DNA of 64,000 nucleotides from Isurus oxyrinchus (Eukaryota): contig JANJGN010000012.1 of assembly GCA_026770705.1 (NCBI GenBank), positions 91,574,001-91,638,000 of the forward strand, written 5' to 3'. How positions within the stretch are numbered: the stretch's first letter is position 1; each line of letters opens with the position of its first letter. Position numbers and translations under genes: made by a program. Below the pieces are notes generated by a model. That model was not told where the DNA came from. It ran no database searches and saw only the letters and a list, made by a program, of their open reading frames with translations. Shown piece after piece: positions 22,645-35,599 of the stretch.

Positions 22645-24745
22645 ACTAAACTAAGGGCTCTGTATCTGAATGCACATTGCATTCATAACAAAGTAAATAT
22701 TGATAGTGTACGTTGAAGTAAATAAATATAATCTGATTGCCATTACGGAGACATGGCTGCAGGATGACAAGGATTAGGTCCTGAATATTGAGTGGGAAAT
22801 GACATTCAAGAAGAATAGGAAACTAGGTCGAGGTGGAGGGGTAACACTGTTAATCAGGGATGGCATTTGTGCAATAGAGATGACTTTGGTTCAGGAGATC
22901 AGGGTGTAGAATCGGTTTGGGAAATGAGAAACACTAGAGGAAAGAAGTCACTAGTGGGAGTGTTCTACAAGACCCCTAACAGCAACCATAATGTAGGACA
23001 AAGTATACAAGAAGAAATACTGGGTGCTTGTAATAAAGGGATGGCAATAATCATGGGTGACTTTAGCCTGCATATAAATCAGATTGTCAGTAGTAGTCTG
23101 GATGAGGAGTTTATAGAATGCTTTTGAGATTGTTTCTTAGAGCAACATGTTCTGGAACCAAAAGACTACATTAAACTTGGGTATTGTGTAATTGTCCTGG
23201 AACCAACAGGCTATATTAAACTTGGGTATTGTGTAATTGTTCTGGAACCAACAGGTTATATTAAACTTGGGCATTGTGTAATTGTTCTGGAACCAACAGG
23301 CTATATTAAACTTGGGTACTGTGTAATGTGACAGAATTAATTAATGACCTCCGAGTAAAGCACCCCTCGGTAGCAGCGACCACAATATGATTGAATTTTA
23401 CATCCAGTTTGAAAAGGAGAAGAGTGTGTCTAAGACTAGTTTATTAAACATGGATAAGGGCAACTATGTTGGCATGAACGCTGATCTAGCTGAAGTGAAT
23501 TAGGATACTAGGCAAGAGGATAGATCAAGAGAGAAGCAGTGGGAGACATTTAAGGGGATATTTCAGAATACTCAGAATAAGTATATTCTTATGATAAAGA
23601 AAATTCTAAAGTGAGGACCCACCATCCGTGGTTAACTAAAGCAGCTAGGGAAAGCATCAAACTTAAGGAAAAAGCATATAACTGTGCAAATATGAGTGGA
23701 AAGTCAGGTGATTGGCCTGAATATAAAGAATGGCAGAGAATAACAAAAGGTTAATCAGGGGAAATAAAATAGAGTATGAGAAGGAGCTAGCTGGAAATGT
23801 AAAAACATGATAGCAAGAGTTTCTACAGGTATTTTAAAAAGGAAAAGAGTAAGTAAGGTGAGTGTTGGTCTTCTAGAGAGTGACAATGGGGAGTTAATAG
23901 TAGATAATAAGGAAATGTCGGATGAAATGAACAAATATCTTCTGTCTTCACTCTAGAGGAGACAAAATACATTCCAGTAATAACTGTAAATCAGGAGGTG
24001 GAAGGCAGAGAGGAACTTGGTGAAATGGAGCTGCAGGCTGACAAGTCTCCGGGTCCAGATGGACTAGATCCTCGGGTCTTAAAAGAAACAGCTGATGAGT
24101 GGTAGATGCATTCATATTAATTTTCTAAAAATCCCTAGATTCTGGGAAGGTTCCATCAGACTGGAAAGTAGCAAATATAACCTCTCTATTCAAGAAAGGA
24201 GGCAGGCAGAAAACAGGAAACTATAGACCAGTTAGCTTGACGTCTGTCATGGGGAAGGTGTTAGAATCAATCATTAAAGAGGTTATAGGTGGGCACTTAG
24301 AAAAACGCAAGGTAATCGAGAAGAGTCAGCATGGTTTTGTGAAAGGAAAATCATGCTCAAACAATGTATTGGAGTTCTTTGAAGGAGTAACATGCGCTGT
24401 GGATAAAGGGAAGCCTGAAGACGTATGATACTTGGATTTCCAGGAGGCATTTGGTAAGGTGCCACATCAAAGGTTATTGTAGAAAATAAAAGCTCATGGT
24501 GTAGGGGGTAACATATTAACATGGAAAGAAGATTGGCTGGCTGGCAAAAATCAGTGTGCATAAATGGGTCTTTTTCTGGTTGGCAGGATGTGAGGAGTAG
24601 AGTCCCACAGGGGTCTGTGCTGGGACCTCAAATTTTTACATTTACATCAATGACTTTGTTAAGGGGAACAAAGGTATGGTAGCTAAATTTGCAGATGACA
24701 CAAAGATAGGTAAGAATGTATGTTGTGAAGGGGACATAAGGGGGC
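22645..24745 (+). pseudogene. CR1 ORF2 (APE endonuclease + RT), disrupted
   Basis: Fragments 22867-23127 and 24237-24428 in the ORF track, plus motifs in other frames. Confidence 0.85.
23148..23327 (+). repeat. 45-bp x4 tandem repeat inside CR1 ORF2
   Basis: tgttctggaaccaacaggctatattaaacttgggtattgtgtaat repeated four times with few substitutions. Confidence 0.95.
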
Positions 24746-24929
24746 ATTACAAAAAAGACTGGAGAAAATGCAAAAAGAATTCACAAGGATGATGTCAGTT
24801 CTAAGAGACTACGGGCCTTATTTTTGTCAAGGAAATGGGTATTAGGAGTCGGGAATTTCCCCTTCAAACTGCGTAACCAGGTACTTGCTAAGTTGAGTCC
24901 ATTACTCATTCTTGGTTCATTCAAGTTAC

Positions 24930-25985
24930 ATACGCATTTATGTATGGTCATGCATAGAACATGCCCATGTCTCACAGCAGAGCTTGGCCTCCAGTCACCT
25001 TGCAACACCTTTGCCATCGGACTGAGGCCCTGCTCTGCCCAGTCTGTGTGGTGGTCGACGTGCAATGACTGCCCTAGTTCATAGTTAATAGAGTCACGCA
25101 CAGGCATCTTCTACTTGTAAAAATGAAGTTTGGGACCTGGAACATCAGGACCCATCAATGGCCAACCCAACAGTAACAGACCTGAGTGCCACTCAGCCAT
25201 CATAGCTTGGGAACTCTGGCATCTTAACATCAACATTGCCGCACTAAGTGACACAAGACATTAAGGAGAAGGCCAGCTGAAATATCAATGTGAGGTAGTA
25301 CACCTTTTTCTGGAAGGGCCTCCCAGAGAGGAAAGATGCCTGCACAGGGTGGGCTCTGCCATCAGAAATGATCTTGTCTGGTACCTTGCTGACTCCCCCT
25401 GTGGGATAAGCTAATATCTCATGACTACACAGCTCACCCTAATGGGAATCAGCATGACACCCTCATCAGCGCATATATTTCTACACTTGAGGTGACAGAT
25501 GAAGTCAAGGAGGGATTCTACACCAGCCTTGAGCAATTTTTAACCCAAGTACCAGCAGGTAGCAAACTGATCCTCTTTGGAGATTTTAATGCAGAGTCAG
25601 GAAGGATGAGAATCTCTGGTAGGGTGTGATAGTTAAGGAAGGAGTAGGGAAAGCAAACTCCAATGGAGTTCTCTTTCTGACAATGTATAGAAAATGACCT
25701 TGTCATAATTAATACCCTGTTCCGACAGCGAGGCAAACATAAGACTTCATGGCAACAACCACAGTCCAAACTTTGGCATTTGTTCACCTTTATCAACGTT
25801 CAAGCAAGGGACTGCAGAAATGCTCACAGCATCCCGCCCTGACAGGTACTGATAACTGCTGGATCAATAGCTCCTTATCCAATTTACTGTCTCCATCAGT
25901 CTAGCCCCCCAACAGCAGAAACAACAGAAGCAATGCTGTGAGAAAATTAATACTGAACGCCTCAAAGATCCCACCAAGACAGCAC
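24930..25985 (+). mobile_element. RTE-clade LINE 5' portion (APE domain), decayed
   Basis: MKFGTWNIRT, NINIAALSDTR, GEGQL, YTFFWKG, KLILFGDFNA, KTSWQQPQSKLWH motifs. Confidence 0.8.
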
Positions 25986-26944
25986 TTTTTTCATAACCAT
26001 GTAAAAGGTGTTTCCCCAAAGTGGTCTGTGAGCTAAGGATTTGCGTGCATGTGTTTGTAGATCTCTTCCCCCTCCCCACGCACCCCACCCCCCTTTAATT
26101 TGAGTAATTCAATTGAAAAATAATCAGCAGAAAAGTTTTAGCCTTAAACAAGATAAAAGTTTGTTTATTACAAAACTACTGCTGTAAGTTAGTTAAGGAA
26201 AAGCAAAAAGTTACTAACTAAATACATACAAAGTTTAAATGCAGATAAGGATAAAATATACTTATAAAGATGAAATTCAGTTCAGTCCTTTAACATATCA
26301 TTGCAGGCCCTTAGCTTGCAGATGAAGTGTTGGTTGTCTGGAGCAATGAGTTGAAGTTGAAGCGTTATGCTAAGCAGATGCAATGACTTCTGTAATTGAA
26401 TAATCAGTGTTTGCCTTTTCTGGTGGGATCAGCAGGTTTTGGGAGAGAGAGAAGGTTTCTTGTTCCTCACTAGTTTTGTGGTTGTGGTACTTGCAGATTG
26501 CCTGGACTCTCTCAGCAGAACAACTGTTGATTCCTGAATACCTTCCTTTTCACCCTCCCTTGGACAAGAAACCTCTTGGATGATGTCTTTGAGTTCTCCC
26601 TGGGGCTCCATACAAAAATGGCTTTCACAGATTGTTTTTATCTGTTCAAAACTCAAGATGGTCAGTAGCTCAAACTGTCAGATCTTGCTTCCATATTAAG
26701 TACTGGGTTGGCCTAGGTCTGAGTCATTGTCTTTTAGCCGAGGTAATTAATCTTTTAAATGCCTCAGCCATTAATTTGATTGGATCCCATCTTCCAGGTT
26801 TGTTGAGATGGGAAAGAGCTATCCACACCTCTAGGGAAACCATTGCCAATGTGTTTCTGCTTACTCTTGTGGAAATGCGCATTGAATTTCAAATGTCTTC
26901 ACATGTCTTCATATGTCTATTTGCAATCCACTTGGAGCCTTCGA

Positions 26945-27345
26945 GAAGCTTGAGGTTCATCCCGAGCAGCTCTGTGACACAGGACTCTGTGCTCCATGGG
27001 CTGTTCCCAGGGACACACACCGAGACAAACATTGGCTGCAACTGGAAGATCATCAACTCGGTGAAAGACGCTTTTTTGGTCTGCCCAAGACTTGTTGGTC
27101 TTCCAGCGCAAAGAGCTGTCCCCGACCGAGTGTTGCAGACTGGCACATTCCAAGGTCCAGGACTAAGTGCTGAGGGATGCACTAAAGCTTGAGGCAGCCT
27201 CTGCAAAGGCGCAATGGGGAAAGGTCGCTGTCTAAGACCTTTCTGCCACAATGCACCGAGGGGCTGGGAACTGTTGAGAGCCCCTTGGGCTGTACAGCTC
27301 AAAATGAATGTGTGTTTTTTTTGCAGATTACATTGTAGAAACAAG
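26945..27345 (+). mobile_element. Tx1-group LINE 3' fragment, same family as 11485-12190
   Basis: RFIPSSSVTQDSVLHGLFPGTHTETNI...WKIINSVKDA is near-identical to the minus-strand copy. Confidence 0.8.
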
Positions 27346-28595
27346 AAGTAAATAAATAGACACTATATTTCCACATACAAATAGCTGATTCAATACAGCT
27401 TCCCTCATATATTTTTCAGTTAGATTTTATCCGGGAATTCTCTTCATTTTTTTTCCCTGTTTTTACAAGTTTGTACTGATTTTAACTTTGGCGCTTTGCT
27501 GGACTTGGTATATGTAGCTTTCTCATCATTGAGGCCTACAAAGAATGTAGACAAATCTGAAGCTAAACCAATTGCTGTTTTTCACCTGGAAGTGTTTCCC
27601 GTTCCCGTCCCTGACTTAAACCTTTTAAATTACTCCTTTGAAATAGTAAGTCGCCAATGGTCTCTTTCTGTGCCAGTAACTCAATCCTTTTTTGATTAAA
27701 CCCAATTTTTGTTGTTAAATGAATGTCATTTAGATGCTTTTCCTGTTCAAACAAGAAGGTTATGATATTCTCGTCTAGTTTGTTCTATGAACATTTTTAT
27801 GTATCTCAGTTTTTCTTCATTCCACTCAGATCGGATTTTATTTAATTATTTTCGAGCTAGGTCGACATGTTCTAGGTTTTGAGTTTTTGCTTTTTCTTCT
27901 GATAATTTGAGTCTGCCTTTTCACTCACTGGTCAGTTTATCAAAGTCATGTTTCGAACTGAGTTCAGTGACTTCTCGTTCTGCAACCTGAGACTCCACAC
28001 TGATGGGTGTTGTTAACTTCTGTGCGCTCTCAGCACAGACAGGTTCACTTGATCCAGTATTAGCTGACATTAACCCTTTAGGGCCACTCTGAGGTCTCAA
28101 TTCTTTCCAGGTCAAATTTTGATTTGGACTCTCTGAAAATCCCTTTTCAATCCCTTTCAACTTACTTGGCCTTGCTTCAGCCCTTTATCATTCAAGGGAT
28201 TTCTCTCAGGCCTGTTTTAATTCTGTGGAATTTTGCTAAGCCATGTCAACCTTTGTGGGTTGTAGCATTTCTACCTTTTTTCAGATGTCTGCACTCTGGC
28301 AGAAACCTGCTGAAACTGTGTAGTTTGTTCAGCCTCATTGGACAGTTCTTAAATTTTGGGGAGTAACACCTTCCAGCCTGCAAGGTCATTCCCTAGTGAA
28401 AAGTCAACCCCCTGCGTAGGCAATCCTGAGATTACACCCACCATCACCAATCCGATAACAAGTTTACTTTCTTAAGTGAATTTTCACCTTTGGAACGTCA
28501 ACTCTTTCTTCAGTTAGTCTTTTGACTATCACTCCGGAATATGTCCTGCTTCTGCGTGAGAAATCTCAATTCTCCCTGCCAGCACTGTCTTCTGG

Positions 28596-28733
28596 ATCTC
28601 TGAAGAAGAGTCATTCGGACTAGGAGCGTTAACTCTGTTTCTCTCTCCACAGATGCTGACAGACCTGCTGAGTTTTCCTGCCTTTCCTGTTTTTATTTCA
28701 GATTTCCAGCATCCTGACTATTTTACTTTTATT
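28596..28733 (+). mobile_element. PLE pseudo-LTR end with tail, inserted in the Gypsy relic
   Basis: ctgaagaagagtcattcggactaggagcgttaactc...gacctgctgagtttt...gatttccagcatc. Confidence 0.7.
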
Positions 28734-28849
28734 CAGGTGTATGTTAACCTCCTTTCCCAGTTCTTTGGAACCTCTAGGGACCATTTCATCCATTACACAC
28801 ACAATCTTGGTAGGTTTCTTTGCCTTCCTTTACTTTTGAACAAAGGATT

Positions 28850-30041
28850 ATTATTTTAGTGACCAAGGATATGGGCTGTGTTGGAATGCTGCCTTTGGCT
28901 TTCTTTCATAAGGCCCAGTTTTCCACAATTAAAACAGATGGGGCATGGTTGTGCAGCCCTGCCTTCTACATTATTTATTTTCAAAGTTGGGGATTTTCCC
29001 CCACAGGATCTATTCCTTTTCCTGTCTTCTCCCTGTATTTTTCCTTGTTGATACAAACTGTTTGACCCATGTCTGCTGTGATTCAGAAGTCTGTGAGTCA
29101 ATTCAAAATCCTCTCCCTTCACAGTGGCTGCTCTTACTGAAGTGACCTTTTGTTCCTCAAGGTGTATTTTATTATAAGGGAGACAATTTTTGAGCTCCTC
29201 TAACAACATCAATTATCTTTCTCCATCATAAATGTGCTCTATATTTAAAGCGCACACCCATCGGTCAAAAGCAAGCTTTTTGACTCTTTCAAATTCCTGA
29301 TATATTTGCGTGACTTTGTCACGTGAATTTCTGAATTGTTGACGATATGCTTCCAGCACAAGCTCATAGGCATTCAGGAGTGCATTCTCAATCTGTTTAT
29401 AATCAGCAGTCACTTCAGGGACAGTGTGGAGAAGATCTCTTGGTTTTCCTGTTAACTGATCACACTTCCTGGGGTAAATATAGCTGTTCTGCTACTTTTT
29501 CAAAAGCAGGGAACATGCTTGGAAAAGTTTAGGGCTTTTGAGACCTGTTTCGGTTTGTCATTAGGCAGTGCGAGATTTTCCCTGGCAGCTTCAAGCTGCC
29601 TTTGGTCTCCATCTCTCTGTGCTTGCAGCTCCAATTCCAACTTCTACAGTTGGTAATTACACTCCCTCTCTCTCTCTCTTTCTCTCCTTTTTCTTCTCCC
29701 TGTACCCTTCTTTCCTGGGATTGAAACTGTAGATCCTTTTCTCGGGCTAGTCTTTCTTCCCTTTTTTTCTGAGCCTTAAACTCCAGCTCAATTTTCAACT
29801 TTTTCAGCTCTGTTTTGGCTAAAGTAACCCAGTCTGACTACAATTCAGCTTCTGTTGCCTGTTCTGACCCTGGACGGAATTCAAAATCCTCAGCCAGCAT
29901 TTTCAGGAATTCCCATCTCTTTTTCTTACTGGGAATCTTAAATCTGAAAGCAATGGTTTTCAGTTACTCCATGCCTAAGGATGCCACCTTTTGCCAATTT
30001 AAACCCTCCTGATCAATAACCCATGCTTCAAAAGTTGCCAT
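28850..30041 (-). pseudogene. Gypsy gag with SCAN-like capsid and zinc knuckle, disrupted
   Basis: Coiled coil KKREERLAREK, AFEKVA, ALLNAYELVLEAYRQQFR, LLEELKNCLP, CFNCGKLG. Confidence 0.75.
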
Positions 30042-31424
30042 TTAATTTATTGTTTGTATTTTTACAAAGCAAAGCTTGCTGTTGTAACTTCTGATTAGGT
30101 TTCAAACAATTTGGTCTCTTACTTTCCTTCTACTTCCCATTTCTTTACAGTTCAAATTTTGGCTCTTTTCGCAATGAATTAAATCCTGGCTTTAGCTCAT
30201 TTTGCAATGGGATACAATTCCAGACATGAGACTCCAATTGTCACGTTCATGTAAGGAAGTTTCCTCAAAGTGGCCTGTGAGTTAAGGATCTTTGTACGCA
30301 TTTGTAGGCCCCTTTTAATCTGCAAGTGATTCAATTTAAAAATAACCAGCAGCAAAGCTTTAGTCTTAAACAGGATAAAGGTTATTTAATGACAGAACTA
30401 CTGCTGCAAGTTCCTTAAGGAAAAGTAATAAAGTTACTAACTAAATACATACAAAGATTAAATGCAGATAAGGATAAAATATACTTATAAAGATGAAATT
30501 CAGTTCAGCCGTTTAACATGTCGTTGCAGACCTGAAGCTTGCAATTGAAGTGTTGGTAGCCTGGAACGAAGGATTGAAGTTGAAGAGTTGGTCTCAACAG
30601 TTGTGATGGCTTCTGTAGTGGAATAACCAGGGTTTGCCTTTTTCAGGTGGACTCAGCAGGTTTTGGGAGAGAAAGGTTTCTTGTTCCTCATTATTTCTGC
30701 GGTTACTGCATTTGCAGATTGCCTGGACTCTCTCAGCAAAACAGCAGTTGATTTCTGAATACCTTCCTTTTTGCCTTCCCGTGGCCAAGAACCCTCTCCG
30801 ATGATGTCGCTGAGTTCTTCCTGGGACTCTGTACAAAAAATGGCTTTTGCAGCCTGTCCTTTTCAGTTCAAAACTCAAAATGGCTGCTTTCCAAAAACTG
30901 TCAAATAATACTTCTATATTAGGTATTTGGTTGGCCCAAGTCTGCGGCAGAGTCGCATCTATTGCCTTTGAGCTGAGGTAATCAACTTTTTAAATGTCTC
31001 AGCTTTTAACTTTTATAGCTCCCATTTTTCCAGGTTTGTTGAGATAGGGAAAAAGTAATTCAAACCTCCAGGAAAGCCATTGTCAACTAATTTCTGTTTA
31101 CCCTTGCGAAAATGTGTATTGAATTTCAAATGTCTGAGTATGTCCATTTGCAATCCATTCAGAGCTACTGAGATGCCATGTATCATGTCTGCTACCAAAA
31201 TGGGCCCATCTCTACTAAAATAGTGGGGGGTCTGAAATGCCCACTCCTGTAATGGAGTTGGCAAGGGCAGAAGTACTGTGCATGTGCTCATTACCTACAC
31301 CCATGCTGACAAAAATTGCCAGACTTGGGAATGGGAACAGGAATCCTGGAAAAGGGGCTTGCTTGCTTGCTATTCTATAATGCTTCTGCCTCCATTTCAT
31401 GCGACGAATGGAGGCATGAAAATC

Positions 31425-31870
31425 CCAGCCTAAAGTTATCATGAAAGGCTGAACAAGTTGTTTTTCTTTAGTAAAGGGAAGACGGAGAGGAGACCCAATG
31501 AATGGTTTTAAGTTATAATTAGGTTGGGCAAGGTAGATGTAAAGAGAATGTTTCCACTTATGGGAGAATCCAAAACTAGGGCCCATAAACCAAGATAGTT
31601 ACTAATAAATTCAATTGGGGGAATAGAGAAATTTCTTTACTTTGTGGTTAGTATGTGAATTTGCTTTCACAGAAAGCAGTTAAGGTGAATAACTTTGATT
31701 CTTTCCAAAGAGACTGGACAAGAACATGAGAGAAAAGGGAACATAAATATATGCTAAAAGGCTAAAATCAGGTTGATGGAATGGGAGAAGACCTAGTGAA
31801 GTATAAACCCTGGCACAGATTAATCGGGCCAAATTGCATGTTTCTGTACTGTGTAAACCATGTAATACAT
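31425..31870 (+). mobile_element. Degenerate CR1 3' fragment
   Basis: gttatcatgaaaggctgaacaagttg...ggagaggagacc...aaaactaggggcccataa are CR1 C-terminal motifs. Confidence 0.65.
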
Positions 31871-32261
31871 GGTAACTACCACAAAGAAAATCTTGAGCTC
31901 TTTTAACTCAAATCAACATTTACATTTTCGCTTCTTTCCTGGCTGAAGATTGACTTTCCAAGTAAAGCATTGCGATAATGAATACTTTGGTGATTTGATC
32001 ATAACTGTATTAATTGAAGTATCCAAAGTTGGAGAGCGCACATCCTATGGTACACATCAGTGAAGTTGGTTTAAGATTTGTATTAGAGCAAGAAGAAAGC
32101 AACTATCAGAGGCAACATGTTTTATCTTTTCTTTTCTGCCGATGCTGCCAGACCTGTTGAGTTTTTCCAGGTAATTCAGTTTTTGTTTTGGATTTCCAGC
32201 ATCCACAGTTTTTTTGTTTTTATCCCTTTTTGTTTAATTGACTGCCACTGCTCTTCAAGAA

Positions 32262-34998
32262 ATGCCTACCTTGAAGTTTTGTTCATCTCTGCGACAAGAT
32301 TTCTGTATCTCTCTTTTGCCTTGTTCACCTTCATTGCTTTCCATTTCTCTCCTGGTGTTTGACAAGGTGTTTACTAAAACCTGCTTTCACAGCCATATCT
32401 CCTTTCTCAGTGACTGTCTCCATCTCCGACATACCCCACGTGGATTTCAACTGAAATTCTATCCCTCTTGTTTCGAACCCACCCAGGATTACAGGTATCT
32501 CCTGGACATAAAACATTTCTCGGACTGCTGTTCCCGTCACATTCTGAGATCCACATTCAGTGCCATGCGCCGCCATTTGAACACACTCGACCTCTCCCTC
32601 CAGCAGCACCGTCGTACCCTTTTTCAAAGCTGCGCGTGCCCCCAGTTTCATTTTATTCTTCGTCTCATCCGACGCCTCAACAAGAGACTTTTTCTCTTTC
32701 TCTCAAGTGCTAAGGAATGCAAGCTCCAACAACTCATCGACACCAACACCCATCTAGGACCCTCCACCCCTGCCTGTCCCTCCGTCCCCACCCCATCTTC
32801 CAATCCCAGCCCCAGCTGTGTATTCACTATACCCCCTGACCTTCCCCTCTCCGATGCTGAACGTTCAGTGCTCAGCAAAGGACTTAGTTTCATACCCTTA
32901 CGCCCTCACCTCAATGAATTTTGGGATTGGCACGATGCTGAACTCTTCTTCCTCCGTCTTCATCTCCGGGCTCACTTCTTTGGCCAGGAGTCCTCTCCCC
33001 GTTCAACGGATCCTTTTACCCACCTCCAATATTCTCCCTCCACCTGGACCCCTCCCTCTGGATTCTTACCTTCTCTTGATCTTTTCATTGAGAACTGTCG
33101 GCGTGACATTAGTCGTCTCAATTTCTCTGCTCCTCTCACCCATTCTAATCTGTCTCTCTCTGAACTTACTGCACTCCGTTCTCTCAGGTCCAACCCCGAC
33201 ATTGTCATCAGACCCACTGACAAGGGTGGTGCTGTTGCTGTCTGGCGCACTGACCTCTACCTCGCGGAGGCTGAGCGTCAACTCGCAGAAACTTCCTCCT
33301 ACCTCTCCCTGGACCATGACCCCACCACTGAACATCAAGCCATTGTTTCCAGGACTGTCACTGACCTCATCTCCTCTGGGGATCTTCCTCCCACAGCTTC
33401 CAACCTGATAGTCACCCAACCTCGGATGGCCCGCTTTTACCTCCTACCCAAAATCCACAAACAGAACTGTCCTGGTAGACCGATCGTCTCAGCTTGCTCC
33501 TGCCCCACAGAACTCATTTCTCGTTATCTTGACTCCCTTCTCTCTCCCCTTGTCCAGTCCCTTCCCACCTACATCCGTGATTCCTTTGACACCTTTCATC
33601 ACATCAACAATTTCCAGTTCCCTGGCCCCAACTGCTTCCTCTTCACCATGGATGTCCAATCCCTCTACACCTCCATCCCCCACCAGGATGGTCTGAGGGC
33701 CCTTAGCTTCTTCCTCGAACAGGCCCGAACAATCCCCATCCACCACTACTCTCCTCCGTCTGGCTGAACTTGTTCTCACACTGAACAATTTCTCCTTCAA
33801 CTCCTCTCACTTCCTCCAAATAACAGGTGTGGCTATGGGTACCCGCATGGGCCCCAGCTATGCCTGTCTCTTTATGGGGTATGTGGAACATTCCTTGTTC
33901 CAGTCCTACTCCGCCCCCTTCCACAACTCTTTCTCCGGTACATCGATGATTACTTCAGTGCTGCTTCATGCTCTCGTCGGGACTTGGAAAAATTTATTAA
34001 TTTTGCTTCCAATCTCCAACCCTCCAGCATTTTCACGTGGTCCATCTCTGACACTTCCCTTCCCTTCCTTGACCTCTCTGTCTCAATCTCTGGTGATGGA
34101 CTCTCCACCAATATCCATTACAAGCCTACCAACTCCCACAGCTACCTTGACTACAAATTCTCACACCCCGCTTCCTGTAAGGACTCCATCCCGTTCTCTC
34201 AGTTCCGTCGCATCTGTTCTGAAAATGCTACCTTCAAAAACAGTTCCTCTGACATATCCTCCTTCTTCCTTAACCGAGGTTTTCCACCCACGGTGGTTGA
34301 CAGGGTCCTCAACCGTGTCTGGCCCATCTCCCGCGCATCTGCCCTCATGCCTTCTCCTCCCTCCCAGAAACATTTTAGGGTCCCCCTTGTCCTCACTTAT
34401 CACCCCACCAGCCTCCGCATTCAAAGGATCATCCTCCGCCATTTCTGCCAACTCCAGCATGATGCCACCACAAAACACATCTTCCCTTCACCCTCCCGGC
34501 AGCATTCCGTAGGGATCTTTCCCTCCGGGACAACCTGGTCCACTCCTCCATCACCCCCTACTCCTCAACACCCACCAATGGCACCTCCCCATGCCCACGC
34601 AAAAGATGCAACACCTGTCCCTTCATTTCTTCTCTCCTCACCGTCCAAAGGCCCAAACACTCCTTTCAAGTGAAGCAGCATTTCACTTGCATTTCCCCCA
34701 ACTTAGTCTACTGCATTCGTTGATCCCAATGCGGTCTCCTCTACATTGGAGAGACCAAACGTAAACTGGGCGACCGCTTTGCATGTTACCTGCGGTCTGT
34801 CCTCAAGAATGACCCAAACCTTCCTGTCGCTTGCCATTTTAACACTCCACCCTGCTCTCTTGCCCACATGTCTGTCTTTGGCTTGCTGCATTGTTCCATG
34901 AAGCCCAACGCAAACTGGAGGAACAGCACCTCATCTTCCGACTAGGCACTTTACAGCCTTCCGGACTGAATATTGAATTCAACAACTTTAGGTCGTGA
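32262..34998 (+). pseudogene. Complete PLE ORF (N-terminal region, RT, linker, GIY-YIG) with several frameshifts and a stop
   Basis: ATG at 32262 (MPTLK); ORFs 32238-33767, 33829-, 33984-34673 tile the same protein as 16946-18853. Confidence 0.9.
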
Positions 34999-35366
34999 AC
35001 TCCCTCCTCCATCCCCACCCCTTTTCTGTTTCTTCCCCCTTCCTTTTGTTTTTTCCAATAATTTATATAGATTTTTCTTTTCCCACCTATTTCCATTATT
35101 TTTAAATCTTTTATGCCCCCCCACCCCCCACTAGAGCTATACCTTGAGTGCCCTACCATCCATTCTTAATTAGCACATTTCGTTTAGATAATATCACCAA
35201 CTTCAACACCTCTGTGTGTTCTTATGTCTGTGACATCTTTTGATTATCTGCTCCTATCACTGCTTGCTTGTCCCTACAACCACACCACCCCCCTCTACTT
35301 CTCTCCACCCACCCAACTCCCCACCTTAAACCAGCTTATATTTCACCCCTCTCCTGCGATTCACCC

Positions 35367-35405
35367 AGTTCTGCTGAACGGTCATGAGGACTTGAAACGT
35401 CAACT
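35367..35405 (+). ncRNA. Hammerhead-like motif in 3' pLTR (core CUGCUGA)
   Basis: agtt-CTGCTGA-acggtc(atgag)gactt-GAAAC-GTC-aact. Confidence 0.5.
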
Positions 35406-35482
35406 CTTTTCTTTTCTGCCGATTCTGCCAGACCTGCTGAGTTTTTCCAGGTAATTCTGTTTTTGTTTTCAACATGTTTTAT

Positions 35483-35599
35483 AGGTGGAATGTCATGCCC
35501 AGGGGATTTTACGATCCCGCCGAAGTCGATGGACTTTTGAATGGCTCGCCACATTTTACAGCCCTGCCCCCACTCCTACAGGGTGGTAAAATTCCACCC
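35483..35599. mobile_element. Small Harbinger-like MITE
   Basis: Inverted ends aggtggaatgtca / gtaaaattccaccc. Confidence 0.55.

Larger units (their letters stand above)
19960..24745 (+). mobile_element. Decayed CR1 LINE with 5' UTR, ORF1 and most of ORF2; 3'-truncated
   Basis: ORF1 zinc finger QVMCQGCRMWE...HICSK and SGNH esterase motifs (VVAGDGIV, VVLVQVGTNNIG); ORF2 APE (LRALYLNA, IIMGDF) and RT (NYRPVSLTSVMGKVLESII, SQHGFVKGKSC, VPQGSVLGP, KFADDTK). Confidence 0.9.
25990..31195 (-). mobile_element. Gypsy-type LTR retrotransposon relic (two diverged LTRs, PBS, gag, no recognisable RT/integrase)
   Basis: Direct repeats ~25990-26940 and ~30239-31195; minus-strand tgaca-attggagtctcatgtctggaat at 30243-30217 resembles a tRNA-Pro PBS (tgggggctcgtccgggat). 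Confidence 0.75.
32126..35469 (+). mobile_element. Near full-length Neptune-type PLE with partial tandem pseudo-LTRs
   Basis: TSD caacatgttttat at 32113-32125 and 35470-35482; 32126-32189 is repeated at 35406-35469. Confidence 0.93.
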
